Below, in pieces: positions 40,330-49,417 of a stretch of 64,000 nt of DNA. The translations under genes were made by a program, and so were the position numbers. Numbering within the stretch: the stretch's first letter is position 1; every line of letters starts with the position of its first letter. Source of the DNA: an uncultured Actinomycetes bacterium. GTDB lineage: Bacteria > Actinomycetota > UBA4738 > HRBIN12. Under the pieces are notes generated by a model. The model did no database searches. It had not been told where the DNA came from and saw only the letters and a program-made list of their open reading frames with translations. Location: positions 980,711 through 1,044,710 of the forward strand of contig OY969934.1 of NCBI GenBank assembly GCA_963704725.1, read 5' to 3'.

Positions 40330-41616
40330 ATGACCGAGACCAAGCGCGTCGCCGGCTACGTGCGGCTGTCCAAGGAGACCGAGGAGACGACCTCCCCCGA
40401 GCGGCAGCGCCGGGCGATCCGGCGTCTGTGCTCTGATCGCGGCTGGACGCTCTCGGAGACCTTCGAGGACATCGACGTGTCCGCCTACAACGGGCGGCAC
40501 CGGCCGAGCCTGGAGCGGCTCATGTCGCGGCTGGGGGACTTCGACGCGGTCGTCTTCTGGAAGCTCGACCGGCTCTCGCGGTCCTCCGTCGAGGCCGGGC
40601 AGATCGCCGAGCGCTGCAAGGCCGAGGGCGTGGACCTGGTCGCCACGGACATGAACCTGGACACGACGTCGGCCGGGGGGAAGTTCATCTACACCGTGCT
40701 CGCGGCGGCCGGGGAGATGGAGTCGGCCCGCATCTCGGAGCGGTCCCGCTCGATGATGGAGTACAAGCGCGACCGGGGGGAGTGGGTCGGCAAGCCTCCG
40801 TTCGGCTGGCGCGTCAAGGACAAGCGCCTTGTGCCCAACCGCTCGCAGCAGGCGGCGCTCCGCAAGGCCGCACGGGCCTTCGTCGGGGGCGCGACGCTGG
40901 CCGAGTGCGCCCGGATCCTCGGGTTTGACCAGGCGACCGTCGCGCAGCGCATCCTCCGGTCTCCGCGGGTCCAGGTGGCGCTCGGCGCCCTGGGGGACGA
41001 GCTGGCTGCCGCGCTGCGCGCTCGGGCGATGCAGCGCGTACCCGCGTCTCGCCGCTCGCTCCTCGGCGGCATCGCCCGGTGCGCCATCTGCGAGGGGCCG
41101 ATGCGGCTATCGTCCACGCGGGCCGGCCGGCAGGGCCGCTGGACGACGTACCGGTGCACCCAGACCGGGCACGCAGGCATCGCCGGCGTGTGGCTCGAGG
41201 AGTTCGTCTCCGGGGCCGTGCTGGACGCGATCGACCCAAAGGCGCTCGGCCGACGGATGCGCGAGCGCCAGCGGAACCCGAAGGCTGCGGAGATCGCCGC
41301 CATCGAGGCCCGCATCGTCGAGCTGGAGGACATGGTGGGCGACGGCACGCTGACCCGGTCGGCGTTCGTTCGCCAGCGGGACCGCCAGCTGGGCCGGGTC
41401 GCGGAGCTGCGCGGAGTCGACTTGGACTCAGACGCCCCGGATCTGCCGCTGGAGATCGCCCGCAACCTCGGGTCCTACTGGCCGAAGATGACGACCAGCG
41501 AGCGGCGGGACGTGGTGCGTGCCCTCATCCGGCGGATCGTGGTGACCAAGGCGCCGCCAGGATCGAACGGCCACCCCCCGACGGCCGATCGCGTCTCTGT
41601 CGAGTGGCGTGCCTGA
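40330..41616 (+). mobile_element. large serine recombinase (phage-type integrase) of second integrative element
   Basis: VAGYVRLSKE... catalytic serine domain, then recombinase domain, zinc ribbon (CAICEGPMRL...YRCTQ) and a C-terminal coiled coil. Confidence 0.85.
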
Positions 41617-41649
41617 ATTACCGTGTGCGGGGGGCTGGTCTGGCCGGGC

Positions 41650-42195
41650 CTAGGTCGGCAGCGCGACGGCCGTTCGCGACTCCCGCACGGCTTCATCGGC
41701 GAGGGCGTACAGCTGACCCGTGGCGATGCGTTTCCGGAACCCGCACCGGCGGCACCGCAGTTCCTCCCCACGCCGAGCCCGCTGCTTGAGTGTCTCTGAG
41801 TCACGGTAGGAGTAGCCCTTGGGCGCCTCGATCATCGGCACTATCCAACGACGGGTGCGGGGAGCGGTGTTGTCACCGCGGCGCGACAGATCGAGGTGCC
41901 ATCGTGGCCGGTCTCCCGTTACCGCCTCGCCGAGCAGCTGTAGGCGGCCAATCGTTGCGCCGCAACGCGGGCAAGGGACACGAATGACAGGCTTGTTCTT
42001 CACCCTGCCCGCAAGGTACCATGGGCGCCAACCGCACACCTGGGCGAACAGCCCCCGATCGAGTCGCACCGGCAGGCCCAAGTAGGAGGGCCCCCCGGAC
42101 GGGCTCTGGGAGGGGTTGCCCAGATGCTGCCGTTGCTTCTGCGGGTGCCCGAGGCTTGCGAGGCGCTGGGCCTCAGCCGCGAGACCATCCGACAA
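41650..42195 (-). CDS. hypothetical zinc-ribbon protein (weak)
   Basis: Two CxxC pairs (CPRCG...CRRCG). May be a GC artefact, and it overlaps the xis candidate. Confidence 0.2.
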   Translation of the reverse strand: MSDGLAAEAQRLASLGHPQKQRQHLGNPSQSPSGGPSYLGLPVRLDRGLFAQVCGWRPWYLAGRVKNKPVIRVPCPRCGATIGRLQLLGEAVTGDRPRWHLDLSRRGDNTAPRTRRWIVPMIEAPKGYSYRDSETLKQRARRGEELRCRRCGFRKRIATGQLYALADEAVRESRTAVALPT

Positions 42196-42321
42196 CTGCT
42201 GGTGCGGGGGGAGCTAGAGGCCGTCCGTTTCGGTTCGGCCGTGCGGATCACCCGCAGCTCCATCGAGGCCCTCATCAAGCGGCGCACCGGCGCCTCCGCC
42301 AAGGCGGTCGGGGCCTCGTGA
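42124..42321 (+). CDS. xis: excisionase / AlpA-like HTH DNA-binding protein
   Basis: 65 aa. LPEACEALGLSRETIRQLLVRGELEAVRFGSAVRITRSSIEALI matches the excisionase-family HTH. Confidence 0.5.
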   Translation: MLPLLLRVPEACEALGLSRETIRQLLVRGELEAVRFGSAVRITRSSIEALIKRRTGASAKAVGAS

Positions 42322-42576
42322 GCCGCCGCCTCTCGCAGGGAGTGCTCGACGAGGTCGCCGGGGTGCTCGAGCGCGCCGCCGAGCGGCTCGTCCAGAAAAG
42401 CGAGCGGCCGGGATCACGCCCGGGCCTTAACGCAGAGGAGGCCCGGCGGCACACCGGGCCTCGCTCGCAGAACTCGCACCTTGGGCAGGAGCGTCGGCCG
42501 AAGCGTACACCCCGGCGCCCACACGGAGCAGCTGCTTCGGTGGGTGGTGCAGGTGCCCAATGAGCCCCGGGCGTCC

Positions 42577-43149
42577 ATGCGAACGGTCTGGCAGCGGGCG
42601 ATCCGCGAGTCCGCGCTCACGCGGACCACGAAGCTCGTCGCGTTCACGTTGGGCACGTTCATGAACGACATCGCCACCTGCTATCCCTCGCTCCCCAGGC
42701 TTGCCGCCGGCGCGAGCGTCGACGTTGCGACCGTGAAGCGCCACCTGGCGACCCTGGAACGCGCCGAGTGGGTCGCCCGGGCGCGGGGTGGAGGCCGGCA
42801 GAAGACCACCGTGTACACGGGCCGGATACCGGCGCGCGCGTGCGCCGGTTTCGACACCGAGGAACAGGCGCGCTGGTGCGCCCGTTCCGAGGAAACCGGC
42901 GCAGGATCGGCCGGAAACCGGCGCAGGAATCGACCGAAACCGGCGCAGGATCGGCCGGAAACCGGCGCGCCAGTGCGCCTCGAAGTTGAAAGAGAAGTTG
43001 AAAGAGAAGGTGCTGAAGGGGGCAGAACCAAGAGGCGCGCCAGTGGAGAAGGCAGAAGCCAACAGCAAGTCAACGGCTACAGCCACAGGCTCGGCCGTGC
43101 CGCCGAGATCGCGGACTGGGCGCGACAGCTCGAGGAGGCGGGTCAGTGA
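42577..43149 (+). CDS. HTH-domain replication-initiator-like protein with in-gene iteron-like repeats
   Basis: N-terminal LTRTTKLVAFTLGTFMNDIATCYPSLPRLAAGASVDVATVKRHLATLERAEWV is a winged-HTH of the phage/plasmid Rep type. The C-terminal half is encoded by tandem DNA repeats. Confidence 0.45.
   Translation: MRTVWQRAIRESALTRTTKLVAFTLGTFMNDIATCYPSLPRLAAGASVDVATVKRHLATLERAEWVARARGGGRQKTTVYTGRIPARACAGFDTEEQARWCARSEETGAGSAGNRRRNRPKPAQDRPETGAPVRLEVEREVEREGAEGGRTKRRASGEGRSQQQVNGYSHRLGRAAEIADWARQLEEAGQ
42892..42979. repeat. 3.5 tandem copies of a 21-23 bp unit GAAACCGGCGCAGGATCGGCCG (iteron-like), with an inverted partial copy at 42843-42855
   Basis: Directly visible in sequence. The copies are contiguous with no spacers. 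Confidence 0.7.
42985..43008. repeat. 2 x 12 bp AT-rich tandem repeat GTTGAAAGAGAA
   Basis: Directly visible. Lies adjacent to the iteron-like block. Confidence 0.6.
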
Positions 43150-43350
43150 TGGGCGCCGACAGCTCTACGGATCGCACGCCGTGGGACCAGGCCTTCGACG
43201 ACCTGGAAGCCATCCTGCCCGAAGGCCCCGATCCCCGGGACCGGGCGGGCGATGCCTTCCTCAGGCTGGCCCGCAGCTGGGTGCAGGACCCCGACCCCCG
43301 CCGCTACCCGCTCCGCATCGTGACCCAGGCCCGCAGGGAGGTGCGCCGGG

Positions 43351-43590
43351 GTGCCGCGTGAGGACGCGAGGACCCGGGGCGTGCGCCTCCTCGGAGAGGG
43401 GCGGCTCGTCGTGTCGCTCGTGGACGAGGCGACCGTCGTGGCCCGCGTACGCGGCGATCACGGCGTGATCCACGAGGCCGGCTTCCTCCGCGGGCGCTGG
43501 CACTGCTCGTGCCCGGCCAAGACGACGTGCGCACACCTGGCGGCGCTCCAGCTGGTCACCCTCGAACCCGGCAGTCGGATCCTCGGGTGA
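43351..43590 (+). CDS. SWIM-type zinc-finger protein
   Basis: CSCPAKTTCAHLAALQL is a CxC...CxH SWIM signature. Confidence 0.45.
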   Translation: MPREDARTRGVRLLGEGRLVVSLVDEATVVARVRGDHGVIHEAGFLRGRWHCSCPAKTTCAHLAALQLVTLEPGSRILG

Positions 43591-43919
43591 ACGCCGAGCA
43601 GGCGAGCCTTGAGGAGTACGGCGCCGCGATGATCGAGGCCGTACGCGATGCCGGCGAGCGCCGAGCCCTCGAGGCGTCCGGCGACTGGGCCGCTGCCGCC
43701 TGGCGAGCGATCGTACGGCTCGCCCACCATGGCGCGGAGTTCACCGCCGACGACGTGACCGCTGAAGTCGGGCCCGCTCCCAGCAACGGCGCGGCCGGCG
43801 CGCTCTTCCGGGCGGCCAGGAGTGCGGGGTTGATCGTGCGCGTCGGCTACCGCACGTCGCGCCGGGTGTCGCGGCACGGCGGCGTCCAGGCCGTGTGGCG
43901 CGGCCGGGGGGCGACATGA
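43587..43919 (+). CDS. hypothetical protein (phage-like, translationally coupled)
   Basis: GTG overlaps the previous stop (GTGA). Coherent sequence. Confidence 0.35.
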   Translation: MNAEQASLEEYGAAMIEAVRDAGERRALEASGDWAAAAWRAIVRLAHHGAEFTADDVTAEVGPAPSNGAAGALFRAARSAGLIVRVGYRTSRRVSRHGGVQAVWRGRGAT

Positions 43920-44212
43920 GCGCCGCCGCAAGGCCAGGCGACCAGGGCACGGGGGACGGCGCTCCGGTCGAGCTGGACTGGGCCACCTGCGCGGGCTGCG
44001 GCGGCGCGCACCGGGCCGTCAAGATGCCCGACGGGCGCATCGTGTTCACCGAGGAGTGCCCGGGCCGCGACGACCGGCGCAGCGACCTGGCGAACCTTGT
44101 GCACCATGCCGGCGCGGCGATGGTGCTCGCCCTCGACTCCGGCGACTGGGAGCGGGCCGACTACGCCGCGGGCCTTGTGCTGCGTCTCCGCGATCCCAAG
44201 GACCCGGCGTGA
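43916..44212 (+). CDS. hypothetical protein with CxxC..C cluster
   Basis: ATGA overlap with the upstream stop. Confidence 0.35.
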   Translation: MSAAARPGDQGTGDGAPVELDWATCAGCGGAHRAVKMPDGRIVFTEECPGRDDRRSDLANLVHHAGAAMVLALDSGDWERADYAAGLVLRLRDPKDPA

Positions 44213-44384
44213 TGGGCCAGCCCGCACCTGGACGGGCGCCGTCGGCCACGACGTTGGCGACGTCGGGCCGTGGCGCGGGGGAGGGCGGGTGCAGATCACG
44301 ACGGCCCAGGTGCACTGGCGCCAAGCTGGTGGGCAGCCGTGCGGTCGGCGCGCCCCGGTTCAACGAAAACTCCGGCGGCCCCCG

Positions 44385-44708
44385 GTGAAGGACTCCAGCC
44401 GGCCCCCGGCCCCCCGCGGTCTGTCCCCGGCCTCGCGGCAGGTCTGGCGCGACGTGGTGAACGCGTATGCCCTCGACCTGCCGGCGCTCCGGTTGCTGCG
44501 ACTGTTCTGCGAGGCGCTGGACCGCGCCGCCGCGGCCCAGCTGGTGCTCGACGCCGACGGCCTTGTGGTGCGCGATCGGTTCGGCCAGGTGAAGGCGCAC
44601 CCGATGGTCGCGGTGAAGCGCGACGCCGAGGTCGTGTCGGCCCGGCTGCTCCGCGAGCTGGACATCGCCGACGAGCCGCCGCCCGATCCGCGGCCGCCGA
44701 GGCGGTAG
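44385..44708 (+). CDS. phage terminase small subunit, P27 family
   Basis: LSPASRQVWRDVVNAYALDLPALRLLRLFCEALDRAAAAQLVLDADGLVVRDRFGQVKAHPMVAVKRDAEVVSARLLRELDI matches the P27-family pattern (W..v, yC.a, g.vk..P.v.i...a....r.l.eL). Confidence 0.55.
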   Translation: MKDSSRPPAPRGLSPASRQVWRDVVNAYALDLPALRLLRLFCEALDRAAAAQLVLDADGLVVRDRFGQVKAHPMVAVKRDAEVVSARLLRELDIADEPPPDPRPPRR

Positions 44709-44712
44709 CGCG

Positions 44713-45252
44713 ATGCCACGCCGCCCGCGCCCCGATCGCCGACGCGACCTGACCGACGACCAACGCGAGGAGTTGCTGTGGGGGCCGGAGCCCTGCCGGG
44801 CGGCTCGCTGCGGGCCTGCCCACCGCGGCGCCGATGTGCTGCCGCGGATCGGCGCCGCCCCGGACGACGACCCCGAACAGCCGTGGGCCCTGTTCTCCGT
44901 CGCCGCCGGGGGCACGCCGGCCGAACACCGCCCAGTGCGGCGGCCGTGCTGCTCATGCTTCGCCAGCGTGGAGGCCCGCCGGGCCGCGTGGTGGGCCCAC
45001 CGCGAGGAGCTGATGGCCCTGTTGGAGCCGGGGCACGCCGGCCGGCGCCCGTGGGCGTACTGGGCGATCGAACGCCACGAGCGCCCCGCCGACCCGCTGC
45101 GGCGCCTGGCCGAACTGGGCCTGCTCTCGGCCGAGGAGCAGGGGTACATCCTGGCCCAGCACGAGGCCGCGATCCCGCCCAGCCCCTACGCCGATGCCGC
45201 CGCGGCGATCCGCGCCGCCAGGGAGGTCAAGCAGGTTGATCTACCTACCTGA
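44713..45252 (+). CDS. hypothetical protein
   Basis: 179 aa, sits between the terS and capsid genes. No recognisable motif. Confidence 0.3.
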   Translation: MPRRPRPDRRRDLTDDQREELLWGPEPCRAARCGPAHRGADVLPRIGAAPDDDPEQPWALFSVAAGGTPAEHRPVRRPCCSCFASVEARRAAWWAHREELMALLEPGHAGRRPWAYWAIERHERPADPLRRLAELGLLSAEEQGYILAQHEAAIPPSPYADAAAAIRAAREVKQVDLPT

Positions 45253-45468
45253 CGTGTACGTGGGCGGGTGTACGCTGCCCATCGCACGGGCCGACCGGCG
45301 GCCCCTCGACGACGTATCCACCGACCTCCGGGCGGGACAAGCGGACCGCCCCCGACCCCGACCCAGCCCGCCGCGTATCGGGCGCGGCCCGGACCTCAAC
45401 CACTCACATCCCCGCGCCGCCGCGGTCGAAGCACCCCTCCCGCCGGCGCATCCAGAAGGAGGCCTCCA

Positions 45469-46557
45469 GTGACGCGCACAGAGCGTCTTGCCCGCTGCCA
45501 GGAGATCGTGAACCAGAGCCGAGGCCGGACACGCACGCCGGCGGAAGAGGGCGAGTTGCAGGGCCACCTCGACGTGCTCGAACGGGACCAGCAGCTGGAC
45601 CGCGAAACCCAGCGACTCGGCGCGCTGTTCGAGGGCGCCAGCATCGGCCAGGGGGCCCGTCGTGGCCGCAGCTTGCACGGCGCATTGCTGGCGGCAGGCT
45701 GGCAGTTGGGCGGCCCGCCGGTGCGGCTGCCGATCGGCGCCGTCCTGATCGATGACCCCGGGGACGCGGCGCCGCTGCGCGACGAGTCGAGCATCATCCG
45801 GCAAGGCGCGGATTCGAGGCGACTCTTCCCTGTGTTGGAGCGCAGGCCGCTCAACGGTGCCACGCGAATCGACGTGCTCGTGAGCACCGGACGAGTGCTC
45901 GCGAACCCCGAGGAGATGCAGCTGCCCATCGCGGGCAGCGGGGAGAAGCCGATCACCAGCTCCGGCGCAGAGCTCCAGAGCTTCGACGTGGGCATGGTGG
46001 CCACGGTGAGCGACCCGTACCCCAACAGCATCGTCGAGCTTGAGGCGTTCCGCGATCTCGTGGACGACGACATGACGGTGGCGTTCGAGGACTCTCTGGA
46101 CAACCTCGTGGTTGCCACCATCACCCTCGGGGCGGGCACCACGGACGATCCCGGTGGCGACCTGCTCGAGCAGCTCCGCCGGGCCGTGACGGCCATCCAG
46201 GGCGCGGGCTTCGCTCCCAGTCTCGCCGCGGTGAGCCCGGAGCAGGCCGAGCAGCTGGACCTCACCAGGGCCGGCTCGGGGGGCGACCCGGACGAAGGAC
46301 CGTTCCTGCTCACACCATCGCCGAGGGGGTCGGCCTTCTCGCCGCTGTGGGACCTCCAGCTGCGGGTGGTAAAGGGCCTGGAGGCAGCCGTGGTGCTGGA
46401 CCCGGGCGCGGTGAGGCTCTACGTCGACGACGCGGCGTTCGACTCGGACCCGTACTCGCAGTTCAGCACCAACCGGACGCGGTTCCGCGTCGAAGCGCCC
46501 GCCGTGCTCGTGGTCCGCCGGCCCATGGGCATCTACGTGATCGCGTCGGTCTCGTGA
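45469..46557 (+). CDS. phage major capsid protein candidate (HK97-like)
   Basis: GTG with GAAGGAGG RBS. N-terminal coiled coil followed by a roughly 300-aa body ending ...AVLVVRRPMGIYVIASVS. HK97-fold-like pattern, tentative. Confidence 0.5.
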   Translation: MTRTERLARCQEIVNQSRGRTRTPAEEGELQGHLDVLERDQQLDRETQRLGALFEGASIGQGARRGRSLHGALLAAGWQLGGPPVRLPIGAVLIDDPGDAAPLRDESSIIRQGADSRRLFPVLERRPLNGATRIDVLVSTGRVLANPEEMQLPIAGSGEKPITSSGAELQSFDVGMVATVSDPYPNSIVELEAFRDLVDDDMTVAFEDSLDNLVVATITLGAGTTDDPGGDLLEQLRRAVTAIQGAGFAPSLAAVSPEQAEQLDLTRAGSGGDPDEGPFLLTPSPRGSAFSPLWDLQLRVVKGLEAAVVLDPGAVRLYVDDAAFDSDPYSQFSTNRTRFRVEAPAVLVVRRPMGIYVIASVS

Positions 46558-47023
46558 CGACCGCCGCCGGCCCGGCCACGGATCGGGCCCAGGAGCCGCG
46601 GGGCGTACAGGTGCGCGAACGCGGCTGGTACCAGGAGCGCCTCGACGAGATCCAGGACGAGCGCGGGGTGCCGGATGCGGAGATGGTCTGGTGGCCGGTG
46701 TCGCGCACCGCGTGAGAAACAGTCCCCCTGCCCGTCATGCGCCGGTAGGGGGCCGGCGTGGGGGAGGCCCTCTGGCCGGTGGCTTCCCCCGCGCACTACT
46801 TGGCCGGGGCCCATGGTTACTCCGCGCTCGGGCGGCGGCGAGCGAACGATGCGGCGCTCCCGGTGCCCCGGCCAGGTGTCTTCTGACGGGCGAAGCGCCG
46901 CACCGCCGCAGGTGGTGGGGGGATCGGCCGCAAGGGCCGACCTCCCCACCGCAACCGTCAAGTTGCTTGACCGTCGGCGTACCATGCCGCCGTGGGCGGA
47001 CACGACCTCGCGGGCCCGGCCCC

Positions 47024-47785
47024 TCACACCAGCGGGCTCGTGTCCGGGGCGCCTGGGCCCGCGTAGGCCACCACTCTGGCCACAGGTGCAACAGCGGCAA
47101 GCTCGGGCTCGTCCCAGGCCCCGGCGGGCAGCGGCTTCGCGGTCTGGGCGGGCGTCGGGGCAGCCCTGGGCGCCGGGCCCCGCAGGCGGGCCGTCCGCCA
47201 CGTCTCCCATGCCGGGTCCGCGTCCGTGGGGCGCACGCCATCGGCGGCGCGCACCATCAGGGCGCCCAAGGTCCGCAAGGCCCGGCTCGCCGCGTCGTAC
47301 GCGGGGTCGTCGCGATCGTGGGTCACCAGATAGTCGATCGCCCGGGCGGCCTCCGCGATCGCCTCTGCCGCGACGGAGCGGGCCGCGGCCACCGCCGGCA
47401 CCTTGGCCCGCCCGCCCGTGCCCCGGCTGCGTGTGGGGGACCGGATCTTCTTCGCCTCGGCGTAGCACCGGCCGAAGGGCGGCCTGCCAACCTGGTTGGC
47501 ACCTCCATACCGCCACCAGACGGCCGCCTTCCTGGCGATGTGCGTGTCGCTCTGCCCGATCTCGTTTTCCAGCTGCCGGGCGGACTTGCCGTCGTCAAGC
47601 TCGGCGGCGATCAGCCTCGCCTCCTCCCAGCGGTGGGGTTCGGCCAGGCGGTCGTGGTCGGCCACGGCGGCTTCGTGGTCGGCGATGGCGGCTTCGTGGT
47701 CGGCGATGGCGGCTTGATGGCGCCGGATCTCCGCCACCCGGTCGGCGGCAACGTCCACGGCCCGCAGTGCAGTCACGGCGCACAT
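47024..47785 (-). CDS. hypothetical protein with internal HEAAIAD tandem repeats
   Basis: Non-low-complexity 253-aa ORF. Contains 21-bp DNA tandem repeats (47659-47721). Confidence 0.3.
   Translation of the reverse strand: MCAVTALRAVDVAADRVAEIRRHQAAIADHEAAIADHEAAVADHDRLAEPHRWEEARLIAAELDDGKSARQLENEIGQSDTHIARKAAVWWRYGGANQVGRPPFGRCYAEAKKIRSPTRSRGTGGRAKVPAVAAARSVAAEAIAEAARAIDYLVTHDRDDPAYDAASRALRTLGALMVRAADGVRPTDADPAWETWRTARLRGPAPRAAPTPAQTAKPLPAGAWDEPELAAVAPVARVVAYAGPGAPDTSPLV
47659..47721. repeat. about 3 x 21 bp tandem repeat GCGGCTTCGTGGTCGGCGATG
   Basis: Directly visible. Encodes (A)DHEAAIA repeats on the minus strand. Confidence 0.6.
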
Positions 47786-48138
47786 CCTTCATCGCCCCGG
47801 CGCTGCCTGGCAAGCCCGAAAGGGATGGGTCCGCAGCCCTTGCACCGCAACGATTCCGAGGGGCCGGTACACCGGGTGTACCGGGCCAGGGCGTCAGCGG
47901 ATGAGTGAAGCCGTTGCACCGCAGTTGTCTTGGAGCCAGCCGGCCGCTCGACACAAACGAGTCGCCCGCACCGTGAGCGCGGGGCACGCCGCCAGGGGGG
48001 TCGGGGGGGGGCCGGCGTCGCAAGACAGCAGCTGATTCGTACCCACACCAGGGCCCCTCACGAACTACACGAACAGGGATAACTCAGCCCTGACCAGTGC
48101 CATTGACACAGGGCCCACACCTCTGTCATCCTCTAAGG

Positions 48139-48600
48139 GTGGTTGACTTGAAGCAGGCCTTGTCCGATGCCAGGCTCCGGCTGGAGCAGGCTGAGTCCGA
48201 ACACGCAGAACTCGAGGCTCGTATCGCTCGACTCCACGATGAGGTGCGCGGGCTAGAGCTGGCCCTGGCGCATCACGGCGGCGGCGAAATCGAGGTCCTG
48301 ACCCGGAAGACCGGCTGGGGGCGGATCTCCAGGACCAAGGCGATCCTGAACCTGCTCCAAGAGGTCGGCCGCCCTATGGGCCCTTCCGAGATCGCCGCTC
48401 AGCTGAGGGAGCGCGGCCGGGTCAAGGAGAACCCCAGATACATCTCGGCTTCCTTGGCCTACCTCAAGAACAACCACGTCGTTCGGTCGGTGGGCAACGG
48501 GAAGTGGCAGCTCATGGAGGTCCCGAAGAACCAGTCCTCGGGCGTCGGGCCGCTCGGCCCGGCCTTCGAAACCGCCCGGGCGCGGCCGGAGGGAGGCTAG
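48139..48600 (+). CDS. hypothetical coiled-coil / winged-helix regulator-like protein
   Basis: GTG start lies downstream of a lower-GC patch with a perfect TTGACA at 48103-48108. The C-terminal part is wHTH-like. Confidence 0.4.
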   Translation: MVDLKQALSDARLRLEQAESEHAELEARIARLHDEVRGLELALAHHGGGEIEVLTRKTGWGRISRTKAILNLLQEVGRPMGPSEIAAQLRERGRVKENPRYISASLAYLKNNHVVRSVGNGKWQLMEVPKNQSSGVGPLGPAFETARARPEGG

Positions 48601-48964
48601 GGGGAACACCTTCCGGGGCGCCGGGGAAACTGGGCCCTCCGGATGGGAGCTGGGAGCAACGGGCCATCGAGGCCGCTTGGGATTCCAAGCCCGAAGCGGA
48701 GGCGCCCGGGTCGTGCGGTCGGGGGTCCAAACCCCGAGCACCCGCCCGACCACGCTCCCAGCTCCTACTCTACCCCGGGGATCGGGCCCGGCTCTGTAGC
48801 GGGCTGAGGAGCATCCGGCAGTGGGTGCCGGAACCGATGAGTATCCTGGTGATAGGTCCCGGGATGGCCGAATGGCCTTCCGGGGCGAAGGGCCCTAGAG
48901 GTCCGGACGACCACCAGGCCCTAACGAAGCCGGGCAGCCGGGTTCGACTCCCGGGCTAGGCGTT

Positions 48965-48995
48965 GCCGGAGGCCACCTCGGCGGTGGCCTCCGGC
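48965..48995. terminator. perfect 13-bp stem / 5-nt loop hairpin (GCCGGAGGCCACC tcggc GGTGGCCTCCGGC), with no U-tract
   Basis: Directly visible. It sits 3 nt after a tRNA-like T-arm fragment (48938-48962). Confidence 0.35.
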
Positions 48996-49111
48996 GTATC
49001 TGAGAAGCCGAGGAGGTGACGGGGAGCGCTCAGGATCGGCCGAGGCTCCGGGGGGCCTGACACCGGGCAGAGCGACTTAGGAAGACCGCCGGGCGAGCCG
49101 ATGAAACAGGC

Positions 49112-49417
49112 ATGAACGTCGCTCTGCCACCGCCGCCCGTCCCCGGACCTGCGCTCGGATCGGTTCCCCGGCAGACCCCTCGAGTCGTGCAGCAGGCCCC
49201 CAAGGCCGCACAGCGGAAGAAGCAGTCCTCGGCGGAAGCGGTCGTCATCGTCGTGCTCGTGCTCCTCTTCGCCCTCTCCGCCTGGGCCTTCGTCAACCCC
49301 CACGCGAACGTGCCCGTGGTCTCGAAGGTCGTCTGCTCGATTAAGGGCGCCTCGTGGACCGACGGGAGCGCCGCCTGGGGCATCCCCGCCGGGTGCTACC
49401 GGATGGACTCGCCCTAG
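49112..49417 (+). CDS. small membrane protein (hypothetical)
   Basis: One clear TM helix (VVIVVLVLLFALSAWAF). Confidence 0.3.
   Translation: MNVALPPPPVPGPALGSVPRQTPRVVQQAPKAAQRKKQSSAEAVVIVVLVLLFALSAWAFVNPHANVPVVSKVVCSIKGASWTDGSAAWGIPAGCYRMDSP

Noticed and set aside
42892-42979. CRISPR array
   Set aside because: Repeats are contiguous with no spacers and lie inside a coding region. Iteron-like instead.
46553-46715. 54-aa ORF overlapping the capsid stop (GTGA)
   Set aside because: Plausible small phage ORF, but no independent support.
48103-48131. Promoter TTGACA-17-TCATCC upstream of 48139-48600
   Set aside because: Perfect -35, but the -10 is weak. Kept as a remark only.
48600-48965. Possible tmRNA (ssrA) suggested by the GGTTCGACTCC T-arm
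   Set aside because: No tag-peptide reading frame ending in ..AA-stop. No 3' CCA-compatible acceptor, and no 5' strand complementary to the 3' acceptor segment. Length and context fit an att-site remnant better.
48855-48965. Complete tRNA (type II or other) ending at the T-arm
   Set aside because: No consistent acceptor, D or anticodon stems could be built in any register. Only the T-arm and a 3' acceptor-like strand are present.
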